A stretch of DNA of 63,692 nt, filler included. It is 6 parts of 6 records of this genome, joined end to end, with 100 filler letters (N's around TTAATTAATTAA, not from the genome) between each part and the next. Parts side by side here need not be neighbours in the genome. Positions count along the whole stretch, not along the records: positions 1 to 15,123 come from DRR723986_9283; 5 more parts are not named here. One strand, 5' to 3'. Below the pieces are notes generated by a model that saw only the letters and a program-made list of their open reading frames with translations, was not told the DNA's origin and made no database searches. The position numbers were made by a program, and so were the translations under genes. Below, one piece after another: positions 1-10,920 of the stretch. Numbering within the stretch: position 1 is the stretch's first letter; each line of letters starts with the position of its first letter.

Positions 1-88
1 GAGGTTGTGCCTGAAGTTCTTGAGTGTTAAATGCGAAGGTCAGTGCGATGGCAAACAGTAATCCTGTCATGATGCTAAAGCGTTTCAT
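1..88 (-). CDS. 5' fragment of a secreted protein (runs off the window)
   Basis: Reverse strand reads MKRFSIMTGLLFAIALTFAFNTQELQAQP, a Sec signal peptide ending in QA|Q. Too short for the ORF track. Confidence 0.6.
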   Translation of the reverse strand, partial: MKRFSIMTGLLFAIALTFAFNTQELQAQP

Positions 89-969
89 GAGTGTTCCTTG
101 AAACATGTTGTTGAAAATGAGTTTAAGTGGGCTGTAATGCGCCCTGAAGCTGCATAGTGCAGGAATTGTGGGTTGCAGGATGCAGCAGAACGCACGTGGT
201 ATCACGTGTTAATAAAACAGCGTTTCTGGTTTGCAGGCTAGAACTGGTCTGTGCCTGTTGTGTCTTCCCGGGGCGTATAAGTGTTAACCGGGAATACTGT
301 CGTAGTCGCATGCAGAATAGTCGCATGCCTGTAAAATGGGCGGCGTACGTGAGTCGCGTGCAGTATTTAAACAAAAATGACTGAGATGGTGCGGCTGGGC
401 GATCCGCAGGTAATCTGGTTTAATCTGTTCAGCTGGATTGACCGCAACACAATTGGCAGTTGTTTAATGCGGCTGGTCATACACTTGAACAGTGGCAGTA
501 GGAGTAAACATAGCAGTGGTGAATGTCAAAAGCAAATCTTTTTATTGCAAAAATTCAATCAATACAGTCTTGTTACATTGTTAAGTGGTTTGCAAATAAG
601 TTGATTCACGTAAGCTTCGCCTGTTTCTGTGTTGATATTAAAAGTATTGCCGTCGTCATAAATTTCTAATAATTGTTAAATCGGCGATTTTAGAGTGTTT
701 TTGTGTTGCGGTCCGGCAAAAATGTTGAATGTGCCGCCGCGCACATTTGTGCTCGTCAGCGGAAAGCGAGCTCAAATGCCGCCAAAAAAAGACACTGTTT
801 TATGTGTCAATAGTGTGTTTTTTTACCCGGCCTGCACAGCCAACAAGCCACAAATTGCACCAGGCCCGAACGCCATGGGCAGAGGCCGGGCTTGTCGGCC
901 AATAAAAATTGGGCATTTTGCAGGTGCAGAAGCCGTTCATATTCATCTAGTTCCAAGCCCAAAAGAAGC

Positions 970-2616
970 ATGCACGAACTTGCCGGTAAACCCGCTCCCG
1001 AAGAATTCCTTACGAACATTCCGCAATTGCTGGCCGATTATTACACACGCACGCCGGATGCCGAGAATCCCGCACAGCGCGTTGCCTTTGGCACCTCCGG
1101 CCACCGTGGCAGCGCCGCACGCGGCAATTTTAATGAAGACCACATCCTGGCGATTGCGCAGGCAATCTGCGACTACCGCAGTTCCAATGGCATATCCGGT
1201 CCGCTCTTTATGGGCAAAGACACACATGCCCTCTCAGAAGCCGCTGAACGCAGCGCCGCCGAAGTCTTTGCCGCCAACCAGATAGACTTCATCGTGCAGG
1301 CCGGCGGCGGCTTCACGCCCACACCCGTCATCTCACATGCAATCCTGTCTTATAACCGCACGCGCAGCGGCGACGCCGCTGCACTGGCCGACGGCGTCGT
1401 CATAACGCCGTCACACAACCCACCAGCCGATGGTGGATTTAAGTACAACGCCGTCGACGGCGGCCCGGCCGCCGCAGAAGCGACCAGCTGGATAGAAGCC
1501 CGTGCCAATGCGCTGCTCGCCGGCGGCCTGCGTGACGTCAAGCGCATGCCCTACGAACGCGCCCGTGCCGCCGCACATGCGCAAGACCTGATGCGCGCTT
1601 ATGTCAATGATCTGGATAGTGTGCTCGACATGCAACTTATTCGCTCGGCCGACCTCAAGATTGGTGTTGATCCCATGGGCGGTGCCGGTCTGGCATACTG
1701 GGAGCCAATTGCCGAGACCTACGGGCTCGATATTACTGTCGTTAATCCGCATGCGGATCCGACATTCAGATTCATGACGCTCGACAAAGATGGTGTGATC
1801 CGCATGGATTGTTCATCGCCCTGGGCCATGGCCGGGCTGATAGCAAATAAAGACAAATTTGACATTGCCTTCGGCAATGATCCCGACTACGACCGTCATG
1901 GCATTGTAACGCGCCGCGGCGGCCTGCTGCAGCCGAATGCCTACCTCGCTGTTGCCTGCGACTATCTGTTTAGCGCGCGCGACTGGCCCCAGGCGGCGCA
2001 GATTGGCAAAACACTCGTTACAAGTTCAATGATTGATCGTGTGGCCGCCGGCCTTGAGCGTCAAGTCTTTGAAACGCCTGTCGGCTTCAAGTGGTTTGCG
2101 GCAGGCCTGCATTCCGGCGCGCTCGGCTTTGGTGGCGAAGAAAGTGCCGGCGCCTCCTTTGTGCGCCGCGACGGCTCAGCCTGGTCAACCGATAAGGACG
2201 GAATCATTATGGATCTGCTCGCGGCCGAAATTACCGCTGCGCGCCAACGTGATCCCTCCGAGTTGTATCAGGAGCTGACCGAACGCCATGGCCGGCCAAT
2301 CTACGAACGGCTGGATGCGCCCGCCGACGCCGCGCAGAAATCGGCACTTAAAAAATTACAGGCCGAAAATGTGAGCGCCGATACCTTGGCCGGCGAAAAA
2401 ATTACGGCGATTCTGACGCGCGCGCCCGGCAATGACGCCGCCCTTGGCGGACTCAAAGTCCAAAGCCAAAATGGCTGGTTTGCTGCGCGACCTTCCGGCA
2501 CCGAAGAGATTTACAAAATCTATGCGGAAAGTTTCCGCGATCAGGCACACCTGCAAGCCATTCAGGCGCAAGCACGTGAAATTGTCGATGGCGTTTTTGC
2601 CAAATTGCCGGCCTGA
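970..2616 (+). CDS. pgm: Phosphoglucomutase (alpha-D-glucose-1,6-bisphosphate dependent)
   Basis: [15 protein letters not shown] (catalytic Ser), DPDYDR metal loop, GEESAG, RPSGTE. Start placed at ATG 970. Confidence 0.97.
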   Translation: MHELAGKPAPEEFLTNIPQLLADYYTRTPDAENPAQRVAFGTSGHRGSAARGNFNEDHILAIAQAICDYRSSNGISGPLFMGKDTHALSEAAERSAAEVFAANQIDFIVQAGGGFTPTPVISHAILSYNRTRSGDAAALADGVVITPSHNPPADGGFKYNAVDGGPAAAEATSWIEARANALLAGGLRDVKRMPYERARAAAHAQDLMRAYVNDLDSVLDMQLIRSADLKIGVDPMGGAGLAYWEPIAETYGLDITVVNPHADPTFRFMTLDKDGVIRMDCSSPWAMAGLIANKDKFDIAFGNDPDYDRHGIVTRRGGLLQPNAYLAVACDYLFSARDWPQAAQIGKTLVTSSMIDRVAAGLERQVFETPVGFKWFAAGLHSGALGFGGEESAGASFVRRDGSAWSTDKDGIIMDLLAAEITAARQRDPSELYQELTERHGRPIYERLDAPADAAQKSALKKLQAENVSADTLAGEKITAILTRAPGNDAALGGLKVQSQNGWFAARPSGTEEIYKIYAESFRDQAHLQAIQAQAREIVDGVFAKLPA

Positions 2617-2831
2617 GCTAATGCGCCAGGCGCGCACTCATACACATCTGGCCTGGGCAACATAGGCCGCACTCAGCAGGTTTTGCGGCCGGGACAAACA
2701 AGATGGCTAGTTCAAGATGGAAAATGTCCCGCAAGCCCTGCCCCCGGTAGACAATGTATACACAGTTAACAGTTAACAATATGGTTCCCAGCGTCAAAAA
2801 GTTAACAGACTGCCTCCACATACTTCCCTTG

Positions 2832-5177
2832 ATGGAAACGCAAGACGCTGCTCAGGACCGTACTTTTGCACGCCTGCCAAAAACAATCCTGCGGCATGCC
2901 TGTAGACGCGTTTTGTTAACCTTGGCGGCTACCTGCCTGTTTATGTACCCCGCTACCGCCCAGGATGAGGAAGTACTGCTTGACCGCGACTTGTTAAAAC
3001 GCAGTGATATTGCCGAACCCGCTGCCGAAGCTGAATTGGAAATCGTCTCCGCCTCGCGCTCAGCCAAACGCGTCGGTGAGCTGCCCCTGAGTGTTTATGT
3101 TGTACAGCGTGAAGAAATTCTGCGGAACGGCTGGATCACGCTCGTCGACGTGTTAAAAAGTGTGCCCGGAATTCGCGTGTCCCAGCCTGGTGGTGGTGCC
3201 GAAGGTGAGACTTTTATCATGCGCGGCCTGATTGGCAACAACTACACTAAATTCCTGGTTAACAATATCCCCGTGCAGCCCAGCACCGGATCGGGAATGC
3301 CCATCGGTGCACAACTGCCCGTGCGCCAGGCTGAAAGAATTGAGATAATAATCGGCCCCGCCTCCGCAATTTATGGTGCCGACGCCTTTGCTGGAGTCAT
3401 TAACATCGTAACGCGCGAAGCTATCGATGAAACCTTTGTGCTGGCCGATCTTAAACGCGGCAGCGGCGGCTTTGACTATGCTAACTTTATGGTCGGCGGT
3501 AAAGCCGGCCTGGATGACGAGATATTTAACTATTCATTCTACGGAAGCATTGCCGACATTGATGACATCCGCATTAAACACGAAAGCGGCATCTACAACC
3601 CCAACAATTACTACCGTATCTTTAGCCAGGGTGACGAGCGTAGTGGCATTCTCCCGGACACCGTTTTCCAACCCTTTTACGAGGGGACGCGTACCGAGCC
3701 GGCCTTTGGCAAGATTCCACACCACAGCAACCAGCTTGGCCTGCGCCTGGGCTACAAAGGCATCAGCCTCAGTTATGAACGCATGACGCGCCGCGATCAT
3801 TCATCGATTGGCCAGTCTACCCTGATATACAAGTACAACAACCCAGCAAATTTTTACGGCGAAACTATTCAGCGTTCCACGCTCAGTGCCAACTACGAGC
3901 TGGGACCCGTTGATGCTACATCTACTATTTCATACCTGGGCATGCGTGCCGATCCGCTTACATCGGTTGGTATCACATACGCCAATGAAGGTACATCCTA
4001 CACCTACCAGGCCTCGGATGACTTCTTTGCGGAACAGCTTTTGACGTTACAGGTCGGTGACGATACGGAAATCATCGGCGGATTTTCCACTCAGGAATCG
4101 AGTAACCTACCGCGTATTAACGAATCGAAGCGTCCCTTTGATCCAGAAAATTATGAACCCTTTTCTGAGGATCAGTCCGCTCCGGGCTTACTTCCGGGTG
4201 ATTTTGGCTACTACCCGATCATATTCTCGAACTTTGCAGCCTTTTCGCAGCTGTTCCAACGCTGGAATGACTTTGTCTTCATTGCCGGCGTGCGCATTGA
4301 TGACAACTCACTCTACGGTTCCTCAGTCAACCCGCGTCTGGCGGCGCTTTACAAACTGAATGAACGTACATCATTGCGTGCATCCTGGGGCCGTGCCTTC
4401 CGTGCACCATCCACCTGGTATTCGCGCTTTGCGATCGCCTTTGCCCCGGCGAATGATTCCGATTCTCTCGTGTACGCGGCTACGCCCGCCTTTGACCTCG
4501 CAGCCGAGCAGACGCACTCAATGGAAATCGGACTGCGCAAAGATTTTAACCCCGATACGCGCTTTGACCTGGTGCTCTACTTTAACAGCGTCGATAAACG
4601 CATCGCCGGGATTATCGACACCGTCGATACTGCACAGTATCCGCGAAGTATTGACCCTTTTACGCGTATCTATGCCAATGGACTCGGTGACCCCTCGCGT
4701 CTCTTCAGCGCACAGGCCAGCCTCAAAATGCAAAACCTTGTGCCCGCAATTGGCATGGACATTCAGGCCGGCGCCACCTACTCCGTTGGTCGCGAGACTC
4801 TGCCGGACGAAGGTGGTACAATTCCGGTATTCCGTATGGTGCCTAAATTTCTGGGGCAACTTTCCGTATCAGTCAATCCCTGGCGTTCACTGCACTTCCG
4901 CGCCGATGCGGTTGCCGCCAGTTCCTGGACACGCCGTTTTACACCTTCGGAAGATCTCTACGAAGACGAAATTTACTCTCAGGTGGATGGTTATGCGGCG
5001 CTCGACATGCTTGCACGTTATCACATTGACGAGCGCATTTACGTTATTCTGCGCGTTGACAATGTCTTTAACACGGAATATGGTGGCATCAGCTCAATTG
5101 GCTGGGATGTCGATTTACGCTACAACCCCCAGCGCTTGCGTCGCATTACACTGGGTTGGAGTTTTGAACTAAACTGA
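2832..5177 (+). CDS. TonB-dependent receptor
   Basis: Signal peptide ending ATA|Q, plug motifs (VSASRS...LKSVPGI; ERIEIIIGPASAIYGADAFAGVINIVT), barrel with NPRLAALY and DNVFN. Start uncertain. Confidence 0.92.
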   Translation: METQDAAQDRTFARLPKTILRHACRRVLLTLAATCLFMYPATAQDEEVLLDRDLLKRSDIAEPAAEAELEIVSASRSAKRVGELPLSVYVVQREEILRNGWITLVDVLKSVPGIRVSQPGGGAEGETFIMRGLIGNNYTKFLVNNIPVQPSTGSGMPIGAQLPVRQAERIEIIIGPASAIYGADAFAGVINIVTREAIDETFVLADLKRGSGGFDYANFMVGGKAGLDDEIFNYSFYGSIADIDDIRIKHESGIYNPNNYYRIFSQGDERSGILPDTVFQPFYEGTRTEPAFGKIPHHSNQLGLRLGYKGISLSYERMTRRDHSSIGQSTLIYKYNNPANFYGETIQRSTLSANYELGPVDATSTISYLGMRADPLTSVGITYANEGTSYTYQASDDFFAEQLLTLQVGDDTEIIGGFSTQESSNLPRINESKRPFDPENYEPFSEDQSAPGLLPGDFGYYPIIFSNFAAFSQLFQRWNDFVFIAGVRIDDNSLYGSSVNPRLAALYKLNERTSLRASWGRAFRAPSTWYSRFAIAFAPANDSDSLVYAATPAFDLAAEQTHSMEIGLRKDFNPDTRFDLVLYFNSVDKRIAGIIDTVDTAQYPRSIDPFTRIYANGLGDPSRLFSAQASLKMQNLVPAIGMDIQAGATYSVGRETLPDEGGTIPVFRMVPKFLGQLSVSVNPWRSLHFRADAVAASSWTRRFTPSEDLYEDEIYSQVDGYAALDMLARYHIDERIYVILRVDNVFNTEYGGISSIGWDVDLRYNPQRLRRITLGWSFELN

Positions 5178-5198
5178 TGTTTCCTGATAAATCCACGC

Positions 5199-7859
5199 TT
5201 GCGCCGGCGCTCAGGCAGGGATGGAGGTCCATTAATCGGCATTCGCATTTCATATAATTGCCTTCTTCTTCGGCTAGCTTTCCTTGCGATTTTTGTGCTT
5301 GTACCGGCCTTGTCCGCGCAGGCACAAGACTCAAATTCGCGCTTGGACAGTGCCTGGCAGGCCTTTGAACGCGGAGAATATCAGGCGGTGATCGATACCG
5401 CTACCGTGCTTCTTGAAACCGGCGCCAGTGACAGCACCCTCAACCCGCTGCACCGCGGCGCACTTGTCCTGCTCGGCTGTGCCAATGCCGAAAGTGGCGA
5501 CACCTCACGTGCCGTCGGTTACTTCCTGCGTGCCATCTATCTCCACGAACAGATTCGCGATACCAGCTCACTTGAAATTCTCTACCACACCGTCGCCGAT
5601 ATTTACGACCGCCTGGCGGCCCCCGAACGCGCCATCGCCTATCGCCGTCAAATCGCTGATTTTCAGGCTGCGCGCGGCGCTGAAGATGACAGGGCCGCAA
5701 CGCTCAAACAGATCGCCCAAAGTTATGTACAGGAAGAAGAATACGATAGCGCGCTCGCCGAACTGCAGCGCGTCATTAAGATGTACCGCAAACGCAATGA
5801 CTCCGGCGCGCTGCTGCTCACGCTGCGCGAAGTCTCACGCATCCACGTTCTGAAGGGCGACTATCCGCGCGCGCTCGACTATGCGCTCGAAATTCTTGAG
5901 GTGGCGCGGCAGCGCGGCTACCTATCTGAAATCGCGATTGGTCTCAATAACATCGGCTATCTCTACACGCGCCTCGGTGACCATGTGCAGGCTTTGCAGC
6001 ACTACCGCCGCGCCATTCAAATTGAAGAAACCATGTCTTCCGATGGCCGCGCCAGCGCCGCCGCCTACCGCAACCTGGGAATTGCCTACCAGAACCTGGG
6101 CAACTTTGAGCAGGCGCTGGACCTGCTGCGCGCCGCCGAGCAAAACACCCTGGAAGACGGTAACAACTGTGAACTGTCAATCGCCCGCAGCATCATTTCC
6201 GAACTGTATTTGCGTCGCCGCGATGTCTACAACGCCGCTGAATACGCCGCTGCGGCTATCGAGTCGCTCAGCAAATGTCAGGATCCGGACATCATGCAGG
6301 ACGTCTATTCTGTGTATGCTGAAGCGCTGCAGGCGCGTGGTGATTTTGAAGAAGCGCTGGTCTACTATCGCCGTCAATACGTGATCCGCGACTCCATAAA
6401 CTTTGAGCAGCGTCTGCGCCAGGCCGAACGCCAGGAGCGCCGTCGTGATGTAGAGCAGCGTGAAAACGAACTGCGCCTGCTCTTTGCCGATCAGGCCATC
6501 AAAGATTCCGAACTCAAGCGTATCCAGCTGGAGCAGGAGCGCGCCGAGAGCGAACTGGAGCTTCTGCGCCGCGAAGACCAGCTCAAGGAAGCCGAGTTAA
6601 CACGGCGCGAACTGGAGCGTCGCCAGGCGCTGCAGGCCCTGCTGATTACACGCGAGCAGCTAGAAAACGAACAGAGTGATCGCGAAATCGCCGAGCTGCG
6701 CAGCCGCGAAGAAGCCCAGCGCGTAGAGCTTGAAACACGCCGGATGCAGGAGCGTGAACGCGCCAATCAAATCGAACTGCTCGAAAACCAGAAATCACTG
6801 GCCGAGAAAGAGACGGCGCTGGAAGGTGCGCGCGCCGACCGCAATGAAACCATCCTGTTTGCACAGCGCCTGGGCCTGCTTGTCATCCTCGTCATTATGG
6901 CCCTGCTCGGCTGGAGTTTCCTGCAGAAACGCCGCGATAATCGCAAACTCGCCAACCAGCGTGACGCCGTCGCCGAGTCCTACCGCAGGCTGGACAGCGC
7001 CCACAAGAAACTGCAGTTGGCACAATTGCAGCTCGTAGAGTCAGAGAAAATGGCCTCGCTTGGTCAGCTGACCGCCGGGATTGCGCACGAGATCAACAAT
7101 CCAATCAACTTCGTCAGCTCCAACATCGGCCCGCTCAAGCTCGACTTTGATGAGCTGTTTGAATTGCTGTTGTGTTACGAGAAATTGCACGAGTCAAAAG
7201 ACCCGGCCGCTGAGCTGGAAGACATCGCCGAGCTACGCCGGCGCATCGATCCTGAAATGCTCTCAGAAGAAATCCGCGACCTGCTCTCCGGGATCGAGGA
7301 AGGTGCACTGCGGACCAAGGACATCGTCCTGGGGCTCAGCAACTTCTCGCGGTCGGACGAAAATGACTTTAAACCTGCCGACCTGGAGCAGGGACTGGAA
7401 TCGACGCTGCTGCTGCTGCGCAACAAGCTCAAACATCGCGTAGAAGTTCACCGGGATTACCAGACGCTGCCGCTGGTGGAGTGTTTGCCCGGCAAAATAA
7501 ACCAGGTCTTCATGAACATTTTAACCAACGCAAATCAGGCAATTAAAGAGAAGGGTGATATTTTTGTATCCACGCGGCACGTAGGTGAAGAAGTTCACGT
7601 CATAATCCGCGATACAGGTGGCGGAATGACGGAAGAAACACGCCGCCGCATTTTCGAACCATTTTACACAACCAAAACCGTGGGCCAGGGCACCGGGCTC
7701 GGTTTGTCAATCTCCTTTGGCATCATTGAAAATCACCGCGGCAGCATTGTGGTGGACAGCGTGGAAGGTGAAGGCTCAACATTCACAATCCGCCTGCCTC
7801 TAAGCCAGCCCAGCGAGGCCGATCCGGCCCGCCCGGATGACGCCGCCGCTCAGCTTTAA
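5199..7859 (+). CDS. TPR-repeat, coiled-coil sensor histidine kinase (NtrB-like core)
   Basis: Signal peptide, TPRs (LNNIGYLY, YRNLGIAY), long E/R/Q-rich coiled coil, one TM helix, H-box AGIAHEINNP, N-box NILTNA, DTGGG, GTGLGL. Start uncertain. Confidence 0.92.
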   Translation: MRRRSGRDGGPLIGIRISYNCLLLRLAFLAIFVLVPALSAQAQDSNSRLDSAWQAFERGEYQAVIDTATVLLETGASDSTLNPLHRGALVLLGCANAESGDTSRAVGYFLRAIYLHEQIRDTSSLEILYHTVADIYDRLAAPERAIAYRRQIADFQAARGAEDDRAATLKQIAQSYVQEEEYDSALAELQRVIKMYRKRNDSGALLLTLREVSRIHVLKGDYPRALDYALEILEVARQRGYLSEIAIGLNNIGYLYTRLGDHVQALQHYRRAIQIEETMSSDGRASAAAYRNLGIAYQNLGNFEQALDLLRAAEQNTLEDGNNCELSIARSIISELYLRRRDVYNAAEYAAAAIESLSKCQDPDIMQDVYSVYAEALQARGDFEEALVYYRRQYVIRDSINFEQRLRQAERQERRRDVEQRENELRLLFADQAIKDSELKRIQLEQERAESELELLRREDQLKEAELTRRELERRQALQALLITREQLENEQSDREIAELRSREEAQRVELETRRMQERERANQIELLENQKSLAEKETALEGARADRNETILFAQRLGLLVILVIMALLGWSFLQKRRDNRKLANQRDAVAESYRRLDSAHKKLQLAQLQLVESEKMASLGQLTAGIAHEINNPINFVSSNIGPLKLDFDELFELLLCYEKLHESKDPAAELEDIAELRRRIDPEMLSEEIRDLLSGIEEGALRTKDIVLGLSNFSRSDENDFKPADLEQGLESTLLLLRNKLKHRVEVHRDYQTLPLVECLPGKINQVFMNILTNANQAIKEKGDIFVSTRHVGEEVHVIIRDTGGGMTEETRRRIFEPFYTTKTVGQGTGLGLSISFGIIENHRGSIVVDSVEGEGSTFTIRLPLSQPSEADPARPDDAAAQL

Positions 7860-7961
7860 TATGCCGAAGGTTTCTTTGAGGAAGTCCAATTCAGGACATA
7901 ATATCCAGGCCATCTTAATGGCGCCGCCGCGTTGCGTGCCGCCGGAACAGGACCAGCATTA

Positions 7962-8585
7962 ATGAATAGGCAAGACATGCTCGCAGCTGCCCCTGCAGAT
8001 TCCTCTGCTTCCAATGCCCGCGAGATTATTGAGAACCGCCGCTCGCGCTTTCCCGCCGAGTTTAGTGGTGAGCGTCTGGATGACGCGATCGTAGAAAGTA
8101 TTCTGGAGAGTGCCAACTGGGCACCTACACACAAGTTAACAGAACCCTGGCGTTTCGTTGTGTTCTGCGATGAAGCACTGCCGCGTCTGTTTGATACCTT
8201 TGTAAGAATCTACAAGGAAATCACTCCGCCCGAGCGCCGGATGCAGGCTAAAATCGACAAATTGCTGTCGATGCCCGCCAAAGTCTCACACATTATCGCG
8301 ATTACGATGCATCGCGATCCTGCGCGCCGCATCCCCGAAGTCGAAGAGCTATGTTCCGTGGCTTGTGCCGTCCAGAACATGCACCTGGCTCTGGCCGACT
8401 TTCCGCAGGCCGGCGCATATTGGAGTACCGGCGCGGCCGCCTTCAGCCCACAGATGGCAGAGTGGCTCGGTCTGGAAGAGCCCGACCGCTGCCTGGGATT
8501 TTTCTATCTGGGAACCGTGCTGCCGGCAGAGCGCCCCGGCCGCCGCTCAAGCATCGCGGCAAAAATCGAATGGGTAAAATCCTGA
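7962..8585 (+). CDS. Nitroreductase family protein (YdjA-like)
   Basis: NRRS, WAPTHKLTEPWRF, ACAVQNMHL, YWSTG. Confidence 0.9.
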   Translation: MNRQDMLAAAPADSSASNAREIIENRRSRFPAEFSGERLDDAIVESILESANWAPTHKLTEPWRFVVFCDEALPRLFDTFVRIYKEITPPERRMQAKIDKLLSMPAKVSHIIAITMHRDPARRIPEVEELCSVACAVQNMHLALADFPQAGAYWSTGAAAFSPQMAEWLGLEEPDRCLGFFYLGTVLPAERPGRRSSIAAKIEWVKS

Positions 8586-8673
8586 GCGCTGCCCTGCGGG
8601 CAATTATTCCTGTAAATTTGTAGATCATAACCTGATCAAGAGATACGCTAAATTCCACTGGAGAACCAAGGTC

Positions 8674-9183
8674 ATGACTGTTAAACAAATCCCCGCCGCC
8701 GACTTCCGGCGCACTGAAATTCCTGTCCACCTGGTCGTGATCGATCAAACTGCGGAACAAGCTGAAGAACGCTGGGGCTGGGAGATGGAGCGCGGCGAAT
8801 ATGAAAGCGATAACGAGAAATTCGCCATGGCCACCCTGGAGCTGGAAAACGGTGATCAGTACTTCCTGATGTGCCATCCCACAAACACCGAGGGCCTCCA
8901 GAAACTTTCCGTTTCCGTGCATGCCGACTTTTCCGACCCCAAGGTCATGGAACAAAATCTCATAGATGCCCTCAAGCTGGAAGACAAAGAAATCATCTGG
9001 CGCAACGACGCTTTTCCATCTTTGATCTTCCGCCTGTATTCGCGTGACGAAGACGGCAATCGCACCGTCATATCCAATCACATGCAAATGGACGAAGCTG
9101 TGATGGCGCGCTCCTTCCGTGTTGGAGCAGATCAGGAAGGCACATACTGGGTCGATAAAATCCGTGCAGAAGACGAAAACTAA
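8674..9183 (+). CDS. Hypothetical acidic protein
   Basis: 169-aa ORF with host-like codon usage, AAGG upstream and a terminator downstream. No family recognised. Confidence 0.7.
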   Translation: MTVKQIPAADFRRTEIPVHLVVIDQTAEQAEERWGWEMERGEYESDNEKFAMATLELENGDQYFLMCHPTNTEGLQKLSVSVHADFSDPKVMEQNLIDALKLEDKEIIWRNDAFPSLIFRLYSRDEDGNRTVISNHMQMDEAVMARSFRVGADQEGTYWVDKIRAEDEN

Positions 9184-9229
9184 GAGCTGCTGGCAGGCTG
9201 CTTGGCCTGCTGCCTGAAACATTCAGCGT

Positions 9230-9280
9230 AAAAAAAGAAATGGCCCGGCCCGCATCAAGCGGACCGGGCCATTGTTTTTT
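9230..9280. terminator. Bidirectional rho-independent terminator
   Basis: A-tract, stem AATGGCCCGG.CCGC / GCGG.CCGGGCCATT, T-tract, between convergent genes. Confidence 0.85.
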
Positions 9281-9300
9281 GGGCTATGTTCCCCTCAAGG

Positions 9301-10011
9301 TCAGGACATCGGGACTTCAATCAAGAGCAGCTCGCAGTCCTCAAGAGCTTCAACCGCTACTTCACTGCAATCGGTGACCTCCACACTGTCACGTCGTGAA
9401 AGCGGCATGTTGGCAACGTCCGCATTGCCGTCAATCACAAAGGCATGCAGGCCATTTTCGCTGGAGTGCATACGGTAGAAATCGCGGTGACCCTTATTCA
9501 GCTTCGCCAGGCTGAACCAGGCGTTCTGGTTGATTTTTATGGTGCCGTTGGCGCCGTCCGGCGTTACCACAGGCACTATTTGGTTCAATCGTTGAGCCGC
9601 CGGAAATGACTTCTGGTCATAACGTGGCGTGATTTCGCGTTGTAATGGACGCACCCAAATCTGCAGGAAGTTCAGATCCTCAGTTTTGGAGTGGTTAAAC
9701 TCAGAATGAACAATCCCCGAACCGGCAGACATTAGCTGTACGTCACCAGTGTTGATCACTGTGCCGTTGCCCATGCTGTCGCGGTGTTCCATCGCACCAC
9801 GCAGTGGAATCGAGACGATCTCCATATTGTCGTGCGGATGAGACTCAAAACCCGCGCCGCCCTTGACGATATCGTCGTTTAACACGCGTAGCGTGCCAAA
9901 TTCCATGCGCTCAGGATTGTAAAAGCGCCCAAAACTAAATGAGTGATTGGTGTCCAGCCAGCCGAAGTTGAAGTGGCCGCGTTCAGCAGCCTTGAGAACT
10001 ACGGTTTGCAT
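9301..10011 (-). CDS. Pirin family protein (YhhW-like)
   Basis: GWLDTNHSFSF, LRVLNDD, HPHDNMEI, MSAGSGIVHSE, FLQIW. Confidence 0.95.
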   Translation of the reverse strand: MQTVVLKAAERGHFNFGWLDTNHSFSFGRFYNPERMEFGTLRVLNDDIVKGGAGFESHPHDNMEIVSIPLRGAMEHRDSMGNGTVINTGDVQLMSAGSGIVHSEFNHSKTEDLNFLQIWVRPLQREITPRYDQKSFPAAQRLNQIVPVVTPDGANGTIKINQNAWFSLAKLNKGHRDFYRMHSSENGLHAFVIDGNADVANMPLSRRDSVEVTDCSEVAVEALEDCELLLIEVPMS

Positions 10012-10105
10012 ATCTGTTTCCCTCTTAGAGAAATGACTGATTAATGAAGTGTTGAAGTGTCAAATTTTCTGGTGCTGCAGCCCTGCACAGGCTGTGCGCA
10101 ACTGT

Positions 10106-10723
10106 TTAATAGAGCGGTGTTCCACCGTCATCCGGCGCCAGACCGGCCCAGCTGCCATGCCCGAGGATCGTAGCTAATGGCTTGCGCGTTTGTGCGCTCA
10201 ACTCGCGTTTGTGCAGGTCTTCCGGCAGCTGCTCTGCTGCGCCACGATAGCCCGCTACGAACATACACACTGCGGCATAATCTGCGGGCACAGCTACTAC
10301 CTGCCGCGCCTTTTCCGCGTCAAATCCAGCAATCTGATGCATGCTTATATCCAGCGCGTTTGCCTGCAGCGAGAGGAAAGCCATCGCCTGGCCCAGGTCG
10401 TAAACGGCGTGTGGATTGGCCACGTCGGCATGTTCAAAGTTGTGGCGTGCACATGCCAGGCCTACCAAAGCGGCATGCCGGCACCACGCGCTGTTACCGG
10501 GCAGCATGCAGTCAATCAGAGCATCAAAGTCTTGAGTCTGTGCGGCATGTGCCACTATAAACCTCCAGGGCTGGACGTTGCGGCTGGAAGCGGCCCAGCG
10601 GGCTCCCTCAAACATTTGTTGAACCACGCCCTCAGGAATTGCTTTGGCCGCAAAGGCACGTGGACTCCAACGCGTATTGATCAACTCGTGAATTGGGTGT
10701 TCCAGATTTTTGGAAGGTTTCAT
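10106..10723 (-). CDS. Nitroreductase family protein
   Basis: RWSPRAF, ARWAASSRNVQPWRF, YDLGQA, HQIAGFD. Confidence 0.92.
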   Translation of the reverse strand: MKPSKNLEHPIHELINTRWSPRAFAAKAIPEGVVQQMFEGARWAASSRNVQPWRFIVAHAAQTQDFDALIDCMLPGNSAWCRHAALVGLACARHNFEHADVANPHAVYDLGQAMAFLSLQANALDISMHQIAGFDAEKARQVVAVPADYAAVCMFVAGYRGAAEQLPEDLHKRELSAQTRKPLATILGHGSWAGLAPDDGGTPLY

Positions 10724-10920
10724 CAGCACAAATACTCAGGTCTGCAGAATACTTCGGCGCCGTTCCGCAGGCCAGGGCCACGGCACGGCCTAAAGTTTTG
10801 TTTAATGAAAATGGCTCGTAAATTCGTAAGTAGAGCCGCAGTGCAGCACTGCCATTCATCCGCACTGTTGACGTCCAATTTGTTTAATTCGTGTGCATTC
10901 AAAATTGCCATGAGGCCGCC

